This document shows, piece after piece, positions 24,036-34,097 of a stretch of DNA of 64,000 bases. Both the position numbers and the translations under genes were made by a program. Numbering within the stretch: the first letter of the stretch is position 1; every line of letters starts with the position of its first letter. Source of the stretch: Candidatus Margulisiibacteriota bacterium (lineage in GTDB: Bacteria > Margulisbacteria > Marinamargulisbacteria > SXXA01 > SICP01); the NCBI GenBank assembly GCA_009691415.1, contig SICP01000005.1, forward strand, positions 2,940-66,939, read 5' to 3'. The notes under the pieces were generated by a model that was not told the DNA's origin, did not search any database, and worked only from the letters and a program-made list of their open reading frames with translations.

Positions 24036-24218
24036 ATGGCAAAAACATCAATGATTATTAAGAACAACGAAAAAGAAGGAACGGTCCAACACCGTAACCG
24101 ATGCCAAGTCTGTGGAAGACCCAGAGGTTTTTTAAGGTTTTTTAAACTCTGCAGAATTTGTTTTAGAACACTCGCCAGTAATGCAAAATTACCCGGTGTA
24201 AAAAAGTCATCTTGGTAA
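24036..24218 (+). CDS. rpsZ: 30S ribosomal protein S14, short zinc-ribbon (type Z) form
   Basis: 60 aa, [22 protein letters not shown]. Confidence 0.95.
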   Translation: MAKTSMIIKNNEKEGTVQHRNRCQVCGRPRGFLRFFKLCRICFRTLASNAKLPGVKKSSW

Positions 24219-24231
24219 CCGGAGGAATATA

Positions 24232-24633
24232 ATGGCAATTTCTGATCCTATAGCAGATATGTTTACACGCGTTCGAAACGCCTTAGCCTCACGGCACGAT
24301 AAGGTTATTATCCCTTTTTCTAATATGAAACTGGCAATTGCAAAAATATTGAAAGACGAAGGTTTTATTAAATATTACGAAATCGTTAGTGAAGACCTCA
24401 GAAAGAAAACCATAAAAATTGGATTGAAATACGACGACAGTGGCAGATCATTGATTTCAACCATTAGACGCATCAGTAAACCTGGTCGACGTCATTATGT
24501 TGCTAAAAAAGAAATCCCTAAAGTATTAAATGGTTTTGGCATCTCAATCCTCTCTACACCCAAAGGTGTTTTGTCAGGACGTGCTGCCCGACTTGCTAAT
24601 GTAGGTGGGGAATATATTGGGAAAGTATTCTAA
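24232..24633 (+). CDS. rpsH: 30S ribosomal protein S8
   Basis: DPIADMFTRVRNA. Confidence 0.97.
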   Translation: MAISDPIADMFTRVRNALASRHDKVIIPFSNMKLAIAKILKDEGFIKYYEIVSEDLRKKTIKIGLKYDDSGRSLISTIRRISKPGRRHYVAKKEIPKVLNGFGISILSTPKGVLSGRAARLANVGGEYIGKVF

Positions 24634-24644
24634 GGAGAATTACA

Positions 24645-25187
24645 GTGTCACGTTTAGGAAAAAAACCGATACAATTACCAGATTCAGTTAAATTCGAAAT
24701 TGCACCTTCTCAAGTAACAGTGGCAGGACCCAAAGGTACGTTATCTATTCCTTACGATCCAAAAGTAACTATTATTCTTGAAGACAAGCTCATCGTATTG
24801 AGTGTTCCTGAATCATCTAACAAAACCATTAAAGCAAAACACGGACTGTTTCGCGTTTTAATTCAAAATATGATCATTGGTGTGACCACTGGATTTACTA
24901 AAGATTTAGAATTGGTTGGGGTAGGGTACAGAACCCAATTAAAAGGTAATTCTCTTGAGTTTATGCTGGGATTCTCCCACCCTGTCGTAATCGATCCTCC
25001 TTCTGGCATAGAATTTAAAGTAGACGGCAATACCAAAATATCAATCTCTGGCATCGACAAGCAATTAGTTGGTCATGTTGCTGCAAATATTCGCTCGTTA
25101 CGTAAACCAGATCCGTACAAAGGAAAAGGCGTTAGGTACGCAGGTGAGTATATTCGTAAGAAACAAGGTAAAACTGTCAAAAAATAG
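24645..25187 (+). CDS. rplF: 50S ribosomal protein L6
   Basis: [11 protein letters not shown]; GTG start. Confidence 0.97.
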   Translation: MSRLGKKPIQLPDSVKFEIAPSQVTVAGPKGTLSIPYDPKVTIILEDKLIVLSVPESSNKTIKAKHGLFRVLIQNMIIGVTTGFTKDLELVGVGYRTQLKGNSLEFMLGFSHPVVIDPPSGIEFKVDGNTKISISGIDKQLVGHVAANIRSLRKPDPYKGKGVRYAGEYIRKKQGKTVKK

Positions 25188-25210
25188 GATTAAATTCTAA
25201 GGATAGAAAA

Positions 25211-25519
25211 ATGAACCACAAAAAAAGTAAAATCAAAAGTACACCCGACCGCCTAAGACTTTGTGTTTACAGAAGTAACACAAATATTTATGCGCAAGTG
25301 ATTGATGATATAGATGGCAAAACAATCGTTTCTGCGTCGTCTCTAAAAAAAGAAAATGGACAAAATGTTTTGGCGGCAAAAGAAGTTGGAAAGGAAATTG
25401 CCAAAGCAGCCAAAGAAAAAGACATTATCAAAGTCGTATTTGACAGAAACCGATACGTTTATAAAGGCCGCGTAAAAGCACTTGCTGAAAGTGCTAGAGA
25501 AGCGGGTTTGGAATTCTAA
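25211..25519 (+). CDS. rplR: 50S ribosomal protein L18
   Basis: Synteny, [18 protein letters not shown]. Confidence 0.96.
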   Translation: MNHKKSKIKSTPDRLRLCVYRSNTNIYAQVIDDIDGKTIVSASSLKKENGQNVLAAKEVGKEIAKAAKEKDIIKVVFDRNRYVYKGRVKALAESAREAGLEF

Positions 25520-25538
25520 AGGAGAATAAGAGTATATT

Positions 25539-26072
25539 ATGGAAAGAAAATATCCCCAAAAAAGAAAGCACGCAACACCGGAAGAAGGCCTTGAAAAAGT
25601 TATACAGATAGACCGTGTAAACAAAGTAGTAAAAGGTGGAAAGAGAATGTCTTTCCGCGCTTTTGTTATCTCCGGAAACTTGAATGGGGAAGTTGGATTT
25701 GGACTCGGAAAATCAAAAGAAGTCCCAAGCGCTATTAAGAAAGCAGTAGAAGAATCACACAAAAAGAAATGTAAAATCAACATCGTCAGGGGCACCATTC
25801 CACACGAAGTATTAGGTTCTTTTGGCGCATCTAAAGTAATTCTAAAACCAGCAAAACCAGGAACCGGTGTAATTGCAGGGGGGTCTGTGCGTATCGTGCT
25901 AGAAGCCCTAGGTGTTAAAGACATCGTTGCCAAATCAATCGGTGCAGGTAGCCCTATCAATGCCGCTAAAGCAGCATTAGATGGATTGTTGAAACTCAGA
26001 AGTCTCAACGAAGAAGTAGCACGACGTGGAAAGGCACTTCCTGTTTATTCTCATCAAGAGAAAGGAGCATAA
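25539..26072 (+). CDS. rpsE: 30S ribosomal protein S5
   Basis: IDRVNKVVKGGKRMSFRA, GTGVIAGG. Confidence 0.97.
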   Translation: MERKYPQKRKHATPEEGLEKVIQIDRVNKVVKGGKRMSFRAFVISGNLNGEVGFGLGKSKEVPSAIKKAVEESHKKKCKINIVRGTIPHEVLGSFGASKVILKPAKPGTGVIAGGSVRIVLEALGVKDIVAKSIGAGSPINAAKAALDGLLKLRSLNEEVARRGKALPVYSHQEKGA

Positions 26073-26081
26073 CGTTCGAGC

Positions 26082-26534
26082 ATGATAAAAGAAAATGAAT
26101 TAAAACCCGCTAAAGGTGCCATAAAAAAAAGAACAAGACGAGGACGTGGAAACGCCTCTGGATTAGGTGGAGAAGCGGGACGTGGTCACAAAGGACAACA
26201 AAGTCGCTCCGGCTATTCCTATCGTTCAGGTTTCGAAGGTGGTCAAATGCCACTTTATAGAAGACTTCCTAAAAAACGTGGGTCTGGAAATCGAGTTTTT
26301 AAATTTGAATACGCCCCCGTTAACCTCACAATCCTAGATCGTATCTTTACAGACAACGAAATCGTTGATGTAAAAGCACTCACAGAGCGTGGTGTTATGA
26401 GCAAATCAGAAAAGTTCAAAGTTTTGGGCGTAGGCGAACTTACCAAGAAACTAATTATCAAAGGCCATAAAATTTCTAAAACTGCTTTAGAAAAATTAAA
26501 GGCTTCTGCTTCTACATTCGAAGTTGTTAACTAA
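26082..26534 (+). CDS. rplO: 50S ribosomal protein L15
   Basis: RRGRGNASGLGGEAGRGHKGQ; starts 9 nt after rpsE, leaving no room for rpmD. Confidence 0.96.
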   Translation: MIKENELKPAKGAIKKRTRRGRGNASGLGGEAGRGHKGQQSRSGYSYRSGFEGGQMPLYRRLPKKRGSGNRVFKFEYAPVNLTILDRIFTDNEIVDVKALTERGVMSKSEKFKVLGVGELTKKLIIKGHKISKTALEKLKASASTFEVVN

Positions 26535-26536
26535 AT

Positions 26537-27799
26537 ATGGAGCTTCTGTCTAGTCTTTTTAGGATTCCCGAATTAAGAAAACGTCTTTTATTTACTGTTG
26601 GAATCTTATGTATATATCGACTAGGCAGCCATATCCCGATTGCGGGCGTTAATTTAGAAGCATTAGCGCACCTTTTTGATAAAGGTGGTGTTATGGGTTT
26701 CTTTAATTTATTCTCTGGAGGGGGACTAAAGCGCTTCTCTATTTTTGCCCTTGGCATACTTCCCTATATTAACGCGTCCATCATCATGCAACTATTGACC
26801 ATCGCATGGCCAAAACTAAAAGAACTAGCAGAAGAAGGCGAATCTGGGCGTAAACTCATTTCACAATACACCCGCTATCTCGCCATTGGCATTGCCTTCA
26901 TTCAAGGGACTATCATGGCCATCGGATTCCGGCCATTTGTCTTCCCAGAAGTCAACTTCTACCTCTTCCTATTCTATTCTGTTATGGGCCTTGTTGCAGG
27001 AGCCTCCCTCGTCATGTGGTTTGGAGAAGTAATTACCGAATTCGGCATAGGCAACGGCGCTTCTATTCTCATCTTTGTAGGAATTATCGCCCAAATGCCA
27101 TTCTACGCAAAAAACACCTATGTCCTAGTTACAGCGGGTACAAGCATTTTCGGCGTAATCATCATGTTACTCATTTTCTTAGCCATGATTGTGAGCATCG
27201 TTTACGTACAAGAAGGGCAGCGTAAAATTGCCGTCCAATATGCAAAACGTATTGTCGGTCGCAAAATGATGGGCGCACAAAAAACATATATCCCATTACG
27301 CCTTATACAAGGTGGTGTAATGCCCATTATCTTCGCTTCAGCCGTACTTCAATTTCCACTCATGTTTTCACAACTGATTCATGTTGAAGCCATCCAACAT
27401 TTTTTCTCCACATACTATCACTACGACGGATTTTTCTACAATTTCTTCTTTTGCTTCTTAATCTTTTTCTTCACTTATTTTTACACCGCAGTCACATTCA
27501 ACCCCCAAGAACTCTCCGACAACATCAAAAAACACGGTGGTTTCATCATGGGCGTCAGACCCGGCATGCCTACCGTCGAATACCTCGATAAAATTATTAC
27601 CAAACTTACCCTCATCGGGGCCGTCTTCTTATCCATAGTCGCATTGGTTCCCATTGTCTCTGCAAACATTACAAAAGTAACCAGTTTTATGGGCCTTGGC
27701 GGAACAGCACTTTTAATTATGGTTGGTGTGGCCCTAGATTTGGTAAAACAAATCGAAACGTTCATTATCGCAAGAAAGTATGAAGGACTGGTGGGTTGA
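26537..27799 (+). CDS. secY: Preprotein translocase subunit SecY
   Basis: 10-TM profile, synteny, IFALGILPYINASIIMQLL. Confidence 0.97.
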   Translation: MELLSSLFRIPELRKRLLFTVGILCIYRLGSHIPIAGVNLEALAHLFDKGGVMGFFNLFSGGGLKRFSIFALGILPYINASIIMQLLTIAWPKLKELAEEGESGRKLISQYTRYLAIGIAFIQGTIMAIGFRPFVFPEVNFYLFLFYSVMGLVAGASLVMWFGEVITEFGIGNGASILIFVGIIAQMPFYAKNTYVLVTAGTSIFGVIIMLLIFLAMIVSIVYVQEGQRKIAVQYAKRIVGRKMMGAQKTYIPLRLIQGGVMPIIFASAVLQFPLMFSQLIHVEAIQHFFSTYYHYDGFFYNFFFCFLIFFFTYFYTAVTFNPQELSDNIKKHGGFIMGVRPGMPTVEYLDKIITKLTLIGAVFLSIVALVPIVSANITKVTSFMGLGGTALLIMVGVALDLVKQIETFIIARKYEGLVG

Positions 27800-28437
27800 A
27801 AAACGGCTATATATTTTTGGGTGCCCCAGGATCAGGTAAAGGGACACAAGCTAAAAAACTTCTCGATGCCTCCGGCATACCCTCTGTTTCGACAGGTGAC
27901 TTAATCCGTTCAGAAATTAAACGCGAAACCCCCTTAGGCTTAGAATGCAAACCCTACTTAACCTCAGGAAAATTGGTGCCAGACACCATCATTGTCCGTA
28001 TGTTTAAACAATGGGTAGAAACCCACGCTGTTGCTACGTTCATTTCCGACGGCTTCCCAAGAACTATTGAACAAGCCAAGGTTTTCGATGTCCTCATCTC
28101 ACAAGAATTAGGTTATACAGTCACCATCGTCTTTTTTAAAGTAGGTCTGAAAACTCTCAAAAAACGCATATTGGGACGGCGCATCTGCCCCAAATGTGGA
28201 AATATACAAAATGAATTTTTTAATCCACCCCTCGTCTCTGGTCAATGCGATCGGTGCGCATCTGCCTTTGAAACACGGATCGATGACACCGAGGAAATTA
28301 TCCAGACCCGCTATGATAGCTATCTCGAATCCACCATGCCCATCATTGAGCACTACAAATCTCAAGTGATCACCATCGATGCAGAGCAAGGCCCCGATGA
28401 AATCTTTGTATCCATTAGAAAACAACTGTCCGTATGA
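27796..28437 (+). CDS. adk: Adenylate kinase (zinc-lid type)
   Basis: GAPGSGKGTQ P-loop; CPKCG...CDRC lid; TTG start overlapping the secY stop. Confidence 0.95.
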   Translation: MKNGYIFLGAPGSGKGTQAKKLLDASGIPSVSTGDLIRSEIKRETPLGLECKPYLTSGKLVPDTIIVRMFKQWVETHAVATFISDGFPRTIEQAKVFDVLISQELGYTVTIVFFKVGLKTLKKRILGRRICPKCGNIQNEFFNPPLVSGQCDRCASAFETRIDDTEEIIQTRYDSYLESTMPIIEHYKSQVITIDAEQGPDEIFVSIRKQLSV

Positions 28438-29186
28438 TAAACACAAAAACCTTGCCAGAAATCGAAGCCATGAGAGAGTCTGGTAAAATTCTGGCCAAAG
28501 TCTTCGATGTCATCGCCGAAAACTTCAAAGTAGGGGTTACCGCAGCCTTCTTAGATACCCTCGCTAAAACAACCATTGAAAGCTTTGGCGCGACCCCGTC
28601 GTTTTTAGGCTTTTCAGGATACGCCTATTCCATCTGTATCTCCAAAAATGAAGAAGTCGTCCACGGCATTCCCTATCCAGATAAAATCATGTTTCCTGGC
28701 GACATTTGTAGCGTCGATATCGGTGTCTACTATAACGGCTTTCACGCAGATGCAGCACGCATTTATAAGCTAGACCCTATTGATCCCCTCATTTCTAAAT
28801 TAGTAGAAGTTACAGAGGCTTGTTTCTTTAAAGCCTGCGACGTTGCAAAAGCAGGCAATCGTTTAGGTGACATCTCCAATGCGATACAAACCCATGCAGA
28901 AAGCCATGGCTTTTCCGTTGTCAGAGATCTCTACAGCCACGGTATTGGTCGAAACCTACACGAAGAGCCCCTCATCCCTAATTTTGGAAAAGCCAATCGC
29001 GGCCTGGTCCTAAAAGAAGGCATGACATTCGCCATTGAACCCATGATTAACATTGGAACATACGATATCTTAACATTACCAGACAAATGGACTATAATTA
29101 CCCGCGATCAAAAGTGGTCCGCCCACTATGAAAACACCATTTGTATTACAAAAGACTATCCTGAAATATTGACAATGGCTAAGTGA
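28434..29186 (+). CDS. map: Methionine aminopeptidase type I
   Basis: Synteny; metal ligand context DIGVYYNGFHADAA, HGIGRNLHEEP, FAIEPM. Confidence 0.95.
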   Translation: MINTKTLPEIEAMRESGKILAKVFDVIAENFKVGVTAAFLDTLAKTTIESFGATPSFLGFSGYAYSICISKNEEVVHGIPYPDKIMFPGDICSVDIGVYYNGFHADAARIYKLDPIDPLISKLVEVTEACFFKACDVAKAGNRLGDISNAIQTHAESHGFSVVRDLYSHGIGRNLHEEPLIPNFGKANRGLVLKEGMTFAIEPMINIGTYDILTLPDKWTIITRDQKWSAHYENTICITKDYPEILTMAK

Positions 29187-29196
29187 GTGAGAAATA

Positions 29197-29418
29197 ATGA
29201 GTAAAAAGAGTGAAGTTATAGAGGTCTCTGGAGTTGTTACTGAATCATTGCCCAATGCGCAATTCCGCGTAAAGCTTGAAACAGGACAAATAATTTTGGC
29301 CCACATATCTGGAAAAATTAGAAAACACTATATACGTGTTCTACTGGGAGACACCGTAAAAGTCGAGTTGTCTCCATATGACATGTCTAGAGGCCGTATC
29401 ACATATCGCGTAAAGTAG
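29197..29418 (+). CDS. infA: Translation initiation factor IF-1
   Basis: 73 aa S1-like, [28 protein letters not shown]. Confidence 0.97.
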   Translation: MSKKSEVIEVSGVVTESLPNAQFRVKLETGQIILAHISGKIRKHYIRVLLGDTVKVELSPYDMSRGRITYRVK

Positions 29419-29430
29419 GATGAATCAAAA

Positions 29431-29544
29431 ATGAAAGTAAGAGCGTCAGTTAAAAAAATGTGTAAAGATTGCAAAACTATCAAACGTCATGGTCGCGTCA
29501 TGATTATCTGTATCAATCCAAAACATAAACAAAGACAAGGGTAG
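29431..29544 (+). CDS. rpmJ: 50S ribosomal protein L36
   Basis: Not in the ORF track (37 aa). Hand translation [37 protein letters not shown]. Confidence 0.95.
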   Translation: MKVRASVKKMCKDCKTIKRHGRVMIICINPKHKQRQG

Positions 29545-29554
29545 GAGGACAACC

Positions 29555-29929
29555 ATGGCACGAATTAGCGGCATCGATTTACCAAAGAACAAACGTATTG
29601 AAGTAGGTCTTACCTATGTTTTCGGCATCGGTCTTACAACATCACAAAAGATTTTGACCGCATTAGCGATTGATTTTAATACACGCGTCAAAAACCTCTC
29701 AGAAGACGAAATCGTCAAATTGAGAGACGCTGTAAACGAACACCCCAACGAAGGCGACCTCAGAAGAAAGATCAATCAAGACATTCGTCGTCTCGGAGAA
29801 ATCAACAGTTTTAGAGGATCTAGACACCGTAAGAAATTACCTTGCAGAGGTCAACGCACACATACTAATGCCCGTACTAAAAAGGGTAAACGTATCGCAG
29901 TTGCCGGCAAGAAAAAAGTAACGAAGTAG
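29555..29929 (+). CDS. rpsM: 30S ribosomal protein S13
   Basis: [14 protein letters not shown]. Confidence 0.97.
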   Translation: MARISGIDLPKNKRIEVGLTYVFGIGLTTSQKILTALAIDFNTRVKNLSEDEIVKLRDAVNEHPNEGDLRRKINQDIRRLGEINSFRGSRHRKKLPCRGQRTHTNARTKKGKRIAVAGKKKVTK

Positions 29930-29945
29930 AGTAGGAGGATAGATT

Positions 29946-30329
29946 TTGGCATTAAAGAAAAAAAAGCGCGTTAAAAAAAATACCCCCGTCGGTATTGCGC
30001 ATATCAAATCAACATTCAACAACACCATCGTTGCTATTGCAGATGAACAAGGAAACGTCATCTCGTGGTTCTCATCTGGCATGGTTGGATTTAAAGGTAC
30101 CAAAAAAGGAACCCCGTTTGCAGCACAGCAAGCAGGTGAAGCCGCGGCAAAAAAAGCAATTGAAGTAGCAGGTATGCAACGCATACATGTGTTGGTAAAG
30201 GGTCCGGGTGCAGGTCGCGAAACAGCTATTCGGGCAATTCAGGCAGCAGGTCTTGAGGTTGAGTCTATTAAAGATGTCACCCCAATCCCACACAATGGAT
30301 GCCGACCAAGAAAAAGAAGACGGGTCTAG
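29946..30329 (+). CDS. rpsK: 30S ribosomal protein S11
   Basis: [14 protein letters not shown]; TTG start after GTAGGAGG. Confidence 0.97.
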   Translation: MALKKKKRVKKNTPVGIAHIKSTFNNTIVAIADEQGNVISWFSSGMVGFKGTKKGTPFAAQQAGEAAAKKAIEVAGMQRIHVLVKGPGAGRETAIRAIQAAGLEVESIKDVTPIPHNGCRPRKRRRV

Positions 30330-30339
30330 GAGGTAGACG

Positions 30340-30963
30340 ATGGGAAGATATAGAGGGCCTAGCTGTAAAATCTGCAGGCGTAATGGTACAAAGTTATTTT
30401 TAAAAGGAAGTCGTTGTGAAACGGCAAAATGTGCGATCGACAAACGCAACTATCCACCTGGACACAGAGCTGTTGGATTTGCTAAAAAGCTGTCTGAATA
30501 TGGACGTCGTTTGCGTGAAAAACAAAAACTACGTTTCTTCTACGGCGTTTCAGAAAGCTCCATCAGAAGCTATTTCGAAAAAGCCAGCACACAGAAAGGC
30601 ATTACAGGTCACTTACTCCTTGCCATCTTTGAAAGAAGATTGGACAACGTTGTTTTCCGTGCAGGTCTTGCAACCTCTCGTAAAGAAGCTCGCCAATTGG
30701 TTCGCCATGGCCACTTCAATCTCAACGGAAAACCAGTTAATATTCCATCCATCATTACAATTCCTGGTAATGTTCTTTCAATCCGCACGGGAAGCGCAAC
30801 ATTCTTCGAACCTATCATAAAAAAAATAGGCGAGCATAATTTCCCAGCCTGGCTGACTGTAGATACTGGAACCAAAGAATTTAAGTTATCGCATACACCA
30901 GCAAGAGAAGAAATTGATACACCTGTTGAAGAACAACTGATCGTTGAGTTTTATTCTAGATAG
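30340..30963 (+). CDS. rpsD: 30S ribosomal protein S4
   Basis: MGRYRGPSCKICRR, S4 domain. Confidence 0.97.
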   Translation: MGRYRGPSCKICRRNGTKLFLKGSRCETAKCAIDKRNYPPGHRAVGFAKKLSEYGRRLREKQKLRFFYGVSESSIRSYFEKASTQKGITGHLLLAIFERRLDNVVFRAGLATSRKEARQLVRHGHFNLNGKPVNIPSIITIPGNVLSIRTGSATFFEPIIKKIGEHNFPAWLTVDTGTKEFKLSHTPAREEIDTPVEEQLIVEFYSR

Positions 30964-30979
30964 TTTAAAGGAGGATGTC

Positions 30980-31915
30980 GTGTCTAAGCCAATTCCATGG
31001 GTAAAATTTGAACAAGTTAATGAAAATATGGGGCGTTTCGTTGTCTCCCCACTAGAAAGAGGTATGGGTGTTACATTAGGAAATTCACTGCGTAGAGTAT
31101 TGTTATCATCTCTTTCAGGACATGCGATCACATCCATCGTCATCGAAGGATGCCAACATGAATTTTCTACCATTCCAAGTGTTATCGAAGATGTTTTTGA
31201 CGTCATCTGCAACATGAAGAGCATTGTCTTTAAATGTCATTCAAATGAGCCTAAAAAATTGCGAATCGAACAAAAAGGAAAAGGACTCGTATCAGCAAAA
31301 GATATTATTTGCGATTCTGATGTCGAAATTATCACGCCGGATCAACACATCGCTGAAGTGGCAGAAAAAGGCAAACTCGTTATTGAAATGACTCTTGAGA
31401 AAGGCATTGGATACGAGTCTTCAGAGTCACACAAAAAAGATGACCAACAAATTAACACAATCACAATTGATGCATCATTTTCACCTGTAAAACGCGTGAA
31501 TCATCAGGTTGAAAGCATACGGGTTGGAGAAGAGCTTGACTATGACAGTCTTACTTTGGAAGTATGGTCTAACGGAAGCTTATCAGTAGAAGAAGCAGTT
31601 AAAAATGCATCCGCCATTTTGGTTGATAAATTTCAATTGTTTGAAACGCTTAACCAAAAACCTGCTTCTGCAGAAAACGTTCGTATAAACGTTGTTTCTG
31701 ATAAAGAAGTAGCTTCACCTCTTAATTTAACAATCGATGATCTCGAGCTTTCAGCACGCTCATCGAACTGTTTAAAAAGAGCGGGTATTGAAACTGTGTC
31801 TGAATTGATTGATAAAGATTTGTCAGAACTCACACAAATTAAAAACTTTGGCAAAAAAAGCGCAGATGAAATTAATGCGAAGCTAAAGCAATTTAGCTTA
31901 GTACTAAAGGGATAA
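30980..31915 (+). CDS. rpoA: DNA-directed RNA polymerase subunit alpha
   Basis: Start moved to in-frame GTG 30980 behind AAAGGAGGA; GVTLGNSLRRVLLSS; C-terminal LSARSSNCLKRAGIETV. Confidence 0.95.
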   Translation: MSKPIPWVKFEQVNENMGRFVVSPLERGMGVTLGNSLRRVLLSSLSGHAITSIVIEGCQHEFSTIPSVIEDVFDVICNMKSIVFKCHSNEPKKLRIEQKGKGLVSAKDIICDSDVEIITPDQHIAEVAEKGKLVIEMTLEKGIGYESSESHKKDDQQINTITIDASFSPVKRVNHQVESIRVGEELDYDSLTLEVWSNGSLSVEEAVKNASAILVDKFQLFETLNQKPASAENVRINVVSDKEVASPLNLTIDDLELSARSSNCLKRAGIETVSELIDKDLSELTQIKNFGKKSADEINAKLKQFSLVLKG

Positions 31916-31927
31916 AGGAAGTCAACG

Positions 31928-32281
31928 ATGAGACACCAGAACGGAAACCGAAAATTAGGGAAACCCACAGACCAGCGCATCGCGCTTCTCAAGTCTCTGG
32001 TGCTCTCCCTATTTACACACAATCGTATACAAACAACAGATACACGCGCTAAAGAAGCCAGAAAAATGGCTGATAAATTAATCACACTTGGTAAAAGTGG
32101 CAGTCTTCACGACCGTCGCCAAGCGTTAAAAGTACTCCCTGACAAAACAATTATTAAACTATTGTTTACAGAGATTGCCCCTCGTTTTGAAAATAGAAAC
32201 GGTGGATATACACGGGTTATAAAAGCAGGATTTCGCTTAGGCGATGCAGCACCTGTATCTATACTTGAGCTTGTTGACTAA
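31928..32281 (+). CDS. rplQ: 50S ribosomal protein L17
   Basis: MRHQNGNRKLGKPTDQR. Confidence 0.97.
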   Translation: MRHQNGNRKLGKPTDQRIALLKSLVLSLFTHNRIQTTDTRAKEARKMADKLITLGKSGSLHDRRQALKVLPDKTIIKLLFTEIAPRFENRNGGYTRVIKAGFRLGDAAPVSILELVD

Positions 32282-33038
32282 ACACAAGCTAGTTCTTTGT
32301 TATAACGGTAAACACTTTTCTGGTTCGCAACTGCAAAAACAGGGAGAGCGGACCGTAGCAGAAGAGGTGATAAAGGCCTTAAGTGCGCTTTATCAAACTG
32401 AAATAGCCATTATGATGGCTGGGAGAACAGACGCTGGTGTACATGCAGACGGACAAGTTTGCAGTTACAAAGCCAAACTCGATATCCCAGAATACGGCAT
32501 CGTAAAACGGCTAAATCAGTTATTGCCAGATGATATTCAGGTAAAATCTGTAGAGAAAATGCCCCTATCATTTGATGCTAGAAAATCAGCAATAAACCGA
32601 GAATATCGGTTTGTTTTCTCAAAAGGAAACATCCCTTTTTATATGCAAGACTTTATAACAAAAGTTTTTTTTTCAGTAGACGAATCCCTGCTCTCCGAAT
32701 TTATTCCGATCCTAGTAGGGACGTACGATTTTAGAAATTTCCAAAATAGTGGATCAAAAATGAAATCAACAACCCGAAATATTCTACATTTTTCGTTACA
32801 AAAAAAAACACTAACTTCTTTATACGATGATCATAACTACGATGTGTTTGAAGCAAAATTTATTGGAAATAGTTTTTTATACCGGATGGTTAGAAACATC
32901 ATGGGTGCAATTTTTGAAGTATTAAAAGGAAAACAAACGGTTGAAAACTTTAAAAAGTTATTAACGGAAGAGTACAAAGTATATAGATACACCACAGCAA
33001 AGCCTCAAGGTCTTTGCCTAGTAAATGTAACTTATTAA
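32274..33038 (+). CDS. truA: tRNA pseudouridine(38-40) synthase TruA
   Basis: [12 protein letters not shown] and GRTDAGVHA catalytic Asp motif. The start is uncertain (in-frame TTG at 32265/32271/32274, or ATG 32244 inside rplQ). Confidence 0.85.
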   Translation: MTKHKLVLCYNGKHFSGSQLQKQGERTVAEEVIKALSALYQTEIAIMMAGRTDAGVHADGQVCSYKAKLDIPEYGIVKRLNQLLPDDIQVKSVEKMPLSFDARKSAINREYRFVFSKGNIPFYMQDFITKVFFSVDESLLSEFIPILVGTYDFRNFQNSGSKMKSTTRNILHFSLQKKTLTSLYDDHNYDVFEAKFIGNSFLYRMVRNIMGAIFEVLKGKQTVENFKKLLTEEYKVYRYTTAKPQGLCLVNVTY

Positions 33039-33052
33039 GTAGGAGAATTCGA

Positions 33053-33493
33053 ATGAAAGAACAAAAATCATTTTACGCAAAACCAACCGATATTAATCCC
33101 GGTTGGCACCATATAGACGCAGACAGCCTCATTCTTGGACGCTTGGCAACTACTGTAGCCAGTATCCTAAGAGGTAAACACAAGCCTACCTATACACCTT
33201 CCGTAGATATGGGTGATTTTGTAGTCGTAACCAACGCAGAAAAAGTAAACCTAACAGGGAAAAAGAAAGAACAAAAAATGTACCACAGACATTCAGGATA
33301 CCCGGGTGGATTGACCTCAATCGCATTTGAAGATCAAATCAAAAAAGATGCGACACGGGTAATAATGGCTGCAGTAAAAGGAATGCTTCCTCACAATCGT
33401 TTGGGACGTCAAATGCTCAAAAAATTAAAAGTATATAACGGGGCTTCACATCCACATGAAGCACAAAATCCCCTAGCACTTAAAATCTCTTAA
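33053..33493 (+). CDS. rplM: 50S ribosomal protein L13
   Basis: Start moved to ATG 33053 behind AGGAGA; [16 protein letters not shown]. Confidence 0.96.
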   Translation: MKEQKSFYAKPTDINPGWHHIDADSLILGRLATTVASILRGKHKPTYTPSVDMGDFVVVTNAEKVNLTGKKKEQKMYHRHSGYPGGLTSIAFEDQIKKDATRVIMAAVKGMLPHNRLGRQMLKKLKVYNGASHPHEAQNPLALKIS

Positions 33494-33512
33494 CATCAAG
33501 GAGCAAGCGTAA

Positions 33513-34091
33513 ATGCCAGTAAAAAAAGAAACACCTAAAGCAAAAACAGTAAAAACAACAAAGCCCGCCGCTACTAAATCAGTAGCCGTCAAAGAAAAAC
33601 CAAAAGCAATAATCGCAAAAGTAGAAAAAACTGTTAATGCAGTAAAATCATTGGATACCCCTGTAAAATCTAAAAAAGTAAAGTCATCGACTATTAAAGT
33701 TGCCCCTGAATTTTTCTATGGTACAGGAAAAAGAAAGAACGCCATTGCCAAAGTATGGGTATTCAAAGGCAAAGGAAACATCATCCTAAACGACCGTGAT
33801 TATTCAGAAGTAATGAACAAACCTTCTCTAAGTAGTGTTGTTTTGAAGCCTATGAAAATTACAGGGCTTGAAGGCAAATACGACATTAAAATTTCAACTA
33901 ACGGAGGCGGAATCGTTGGTCAAGCACATGCTTGCCAACTGGGTATTGCCAGAGCCATCCTAGTAATGAACGAAACATTCAGAAAAGCTCTCAGAGAAGA
34001 AGGTCTACTCACCCGTGATGCACGTGTGAAAGAGCGTAAAAAATACGGATGCAAAAAAGCAAGAAAAGGCTTTCAGTTTAGAAAACGTTAA
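33513..34091 (+). CDS. rpsI: 30S ribosomal protein S9 with a K/A/V/T-rich N-terminal extension of about 65 aa
   Basis: S9 core from FFYGTGKRKNAIAKV to the C-terminal KKARKGFQFRKR, preceded by MPVKKETPKAKTVKTTKPAATKS... Confidence 0.95.
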   Translation: MPVKKETPKAKTVKTTKPAATKSVAVKEKPKAIIAKVEKTVNAVKSLDTPVKSKKVKSSTIKVAPEFFYGTGKRKNAIAKVWVFKGKGNIILNDRDYSEVMNKPSLSSVVLKPMKITGLEGKYDIKISTNGGGIVGQAHACQLGIARAILVMNETFRKALREEGLLTRDARVKERKKYGCKKARKGFQFRKR

Positions 34092-34097
34092 TTCCCT

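Noticed and set aside
25343-26008. 221-aa minus-strand ORF
   Set aside because: It is antisense to rplR/rpsE, which are unambiguous, and its sequence is low-complexity mirror-frame text. The same applies to other antisense ORFs in the core, e.g. 34115-34735, 31633-32085, 29837-30184 and 8080-8832.
29946-29980. Long A-runs in ribosomal protein genes (e.g. the rpsK start, rplB end, rplV start) as programmed frameshift sites
   Set aside because: They encode the expected Lys-rich segments in a single continuous frame. Only the IS3 A9 run has a second open frame.
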